From Vulcanisaeta sp. AZ3 (GTDB lineage: Archaea; Thermoproteota; Thermoprotei; Thermoproteales; Thermocladiaceae), in the NCBI GenBank assembly GCA_000960865.2, contig JZWU02000001.1, forward strand, positions 1 to 64,000: a stretch of 64,000 nucleotides of DNA, written 5' to 3'. Under the pieces are notes generated by a model. That model saw only the letters and a list, made by a program, of their open reading frames with translations. It did not search any database and was not told the DNA's origin. Shown one piece after another: positions 62,712 through 64,000 of this stretch; positions within the stretch are counted from its first letter, which is position 1, and each line of letters begins with the position of its first letter. The translations under genes were made by a program, and so were the position numbers.

Positions 62712-62752
62712 AAATTAACAACTTCATGCACTTTATGTAAATTTAAAAACTG

Positions 62753-63718
62753 TTACCTCAAGTCAACCTGCCTACCATAACCAGATAAAAATCTCTCTAA
62801 ATCCTCTTCTCTAGGCAGGTTCTCCTCATCCCCCCTCACCATGACCACCAAGGCGGCAGCAGCAGAAGCTCTTATCATTGCCTTCTCAATATCATAACCC
62901 TTAAGCACTGAGGCGAGTAAAACACCTGCATATGCATCACCTGCGCCAATTGGATCCTTAACAGGAACTTGGAATGCATTCACCTTAACAACTCTACCCT
63001 CCCAATTAGCCATGGATCCCCTCACACCTAACTTAAGAATAACCTTATCAATGCCAAACCTAGACCTCAATTCCTTAAATATATCATCAGGGTTTGAAGT
63101 GTTGAGCAGTAACTTGGCCTCCTCATCGTCTAGGAACAAAATATCAGTAATCCTGAGAGCACCTAATAATGCGTCCACAGCCTCCTTAACCTCACGCCAA
63201 AGCTTTCTCCTAAAGTTAACATCGAAGGATGCAAGAACACCCTTACCCCTAGCCACCTCCAAACCCCTAATCGTAGTAGACCGTGCACTATCACTAATAG
63301 CCAGGGTAATACCAGAAGTGTGAAATACACGAGCTGCACCCACATAATCCTCATCAATATCACTGGGATCCATAGCCGACGCAGCACTATACCTCCTATA
63401 ATAAAGCACATCACTAACACCAGGTATCGGGTAATTCCTTTGCACAAAGTAAATGCCCGTAGGCCTCTCAGAATCAAACTTAATGTGACTAACGTCAACC
63501 CCCTCACCCCTTAACCAATTATAAATGAATAAACCAAACTCATCAAGACCAAGCCTAGTAATTAAGCCACAATCAACCCCAAGCCTAACAGCCGCAACAC
63601 AAACATTAGCCTCACTACCAGCAGCATGCTTCTCGAAATAAGAAACATGCCTAAGAGGCCCATCACTAACAGCATTAAACTGAACAAGAGGCTCACCAAC
63701 AGCAACAATCTCAGGCAT
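62753..63718 (-). CDS. PfkB-family sugar kinase (KDG kinase-like)
   Basis: GEPL, AGSEAN, FDVNFR, DPIGAGDAY, RGDEEN; ATG 63718 (the longer ORF overlaps the tRNA). Confidence 0.9.
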   Translation of the reverse strand: MPEIVAVGEPLVQFNAVSDGPLRHVSYFEKHAAGSEANVCVAAVRLGVDCGLITRLGLDEFGLFIYNWLRGEGVDVSHIKFDSERPTGIYFVQRNYPIPGVSDVLYYRRYSAASAMDPSDIDEDYVGAARVFHTSGITLAISDSARSTTIRGLEVARGKGVLASFDVNFRRKLWREVKEAVDALLGALRITDILFLDDEEAKLLLNTSNPDDIFKELRSRFGIDKVILKLGVRGSMANWEGRVVKVNAFQVPVKDPIGAGDAYAGVLLASVLKGYDIEKAMIRASAAAALVVMVRGDEENLPREEDLERFLSGYGRQVDLR

Positions 63719-63798
63719 TGAGAATAAATAACCCTGGAAATTAATAAGGCATACCCCAATGGCCTTAGCGCGGAGAAGAATAGAAGAGGAAACAAAAA

Positions 63799-63807
63799 CC
63801 TTAAAAC
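63799..63807 (+). promoter_or_regulatory. TATA box of tRNA-Val
   Basis: A-rich BRE plus CCTTAAAA about 25-30 nt upstream of the tRNA. Confidence 0.55.
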
Positions 63808-63829
63808 CCAACAAACATAACAAAACTCC

Positions 63830-63956
63830 GGGCCCGTAGTCTAGCCTGGTAGGATGCCCAGGGGCAAAAGCCCTGCACACGCCTGACGATGACGTGAATC
63901 AACTTCGTGAATCAGAACGCGGGAGATCCCGGGTTCAAGTCCCGGCGGGCCCACCA
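63830..63956 (+). tRNA. tRNA-Val(GAC) with two introns (29/30: 63860-63880; 37/38: 63889-63917), CCA encoded
   Basis: Acceptor GGGCCCG/CGGGCCC-A-CCA; D arm GTCTAGCCTGGTAGGAT; spliced anticodon arm CCCGC-CTGACGC-GCGGG; T arm CCGGG-TTCAAGT-CCCGG. Confidence 0.9.
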
Positions 63957-64000
63957 AGACACCAGCTTAAACTCAATCCTGCAATTCACTATTGATTAAT

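Noticed and set aside
63719-63880. N-terminal extension of the PfkB kinase in the ORF track
   Set aside because: Overlaps the tRNA and its promoter; the family N-terminus begins at ATG 63718

Overview
Gene-dense, AT-rich archaeal chromosomal segment. Gene content and a multi-intron tRNA point to a Thermoproteales crenarchaeon, Vulcanisaeta/Caldivirga-like (inference). It is mostly housekeeping and metabolic: a HerA-like ATPase running off the left edge, hppA-ppdK, nop5-fibrillarin-HTH-trm1, sdhBCD, NuoM/L-like subunits, rpl5, ilvA-ridA, RNase HI, moeA, NurA-like nuclease, cobD/cobQ, archaeal asparagine synthetase, transporters, a HEPN-MNT pair and a solo Cas4-like nuclease. Features not in the ORF track: three box C/D guide sRNAs, a decayed IS200/IS605 tnpB 3' remnant, a tRNA-Val(GAC) with two introns, a C/D-like K-turn over the nop5 start codon, and two single-base frameshifts. 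Two leads stand out. (1) At 56.5-56.9 kb, two convergent C/D sRNAs bracket the tnpB remnant and share a 12-bp inverted repeat covering their D boxes. (2) A threonine-synthase-fold protein has lost its PLP lysine and is fused to a winged-helix domain. No CRISPR array or rRNA was seen. All calls come from reading motifs by eye, without database searches.
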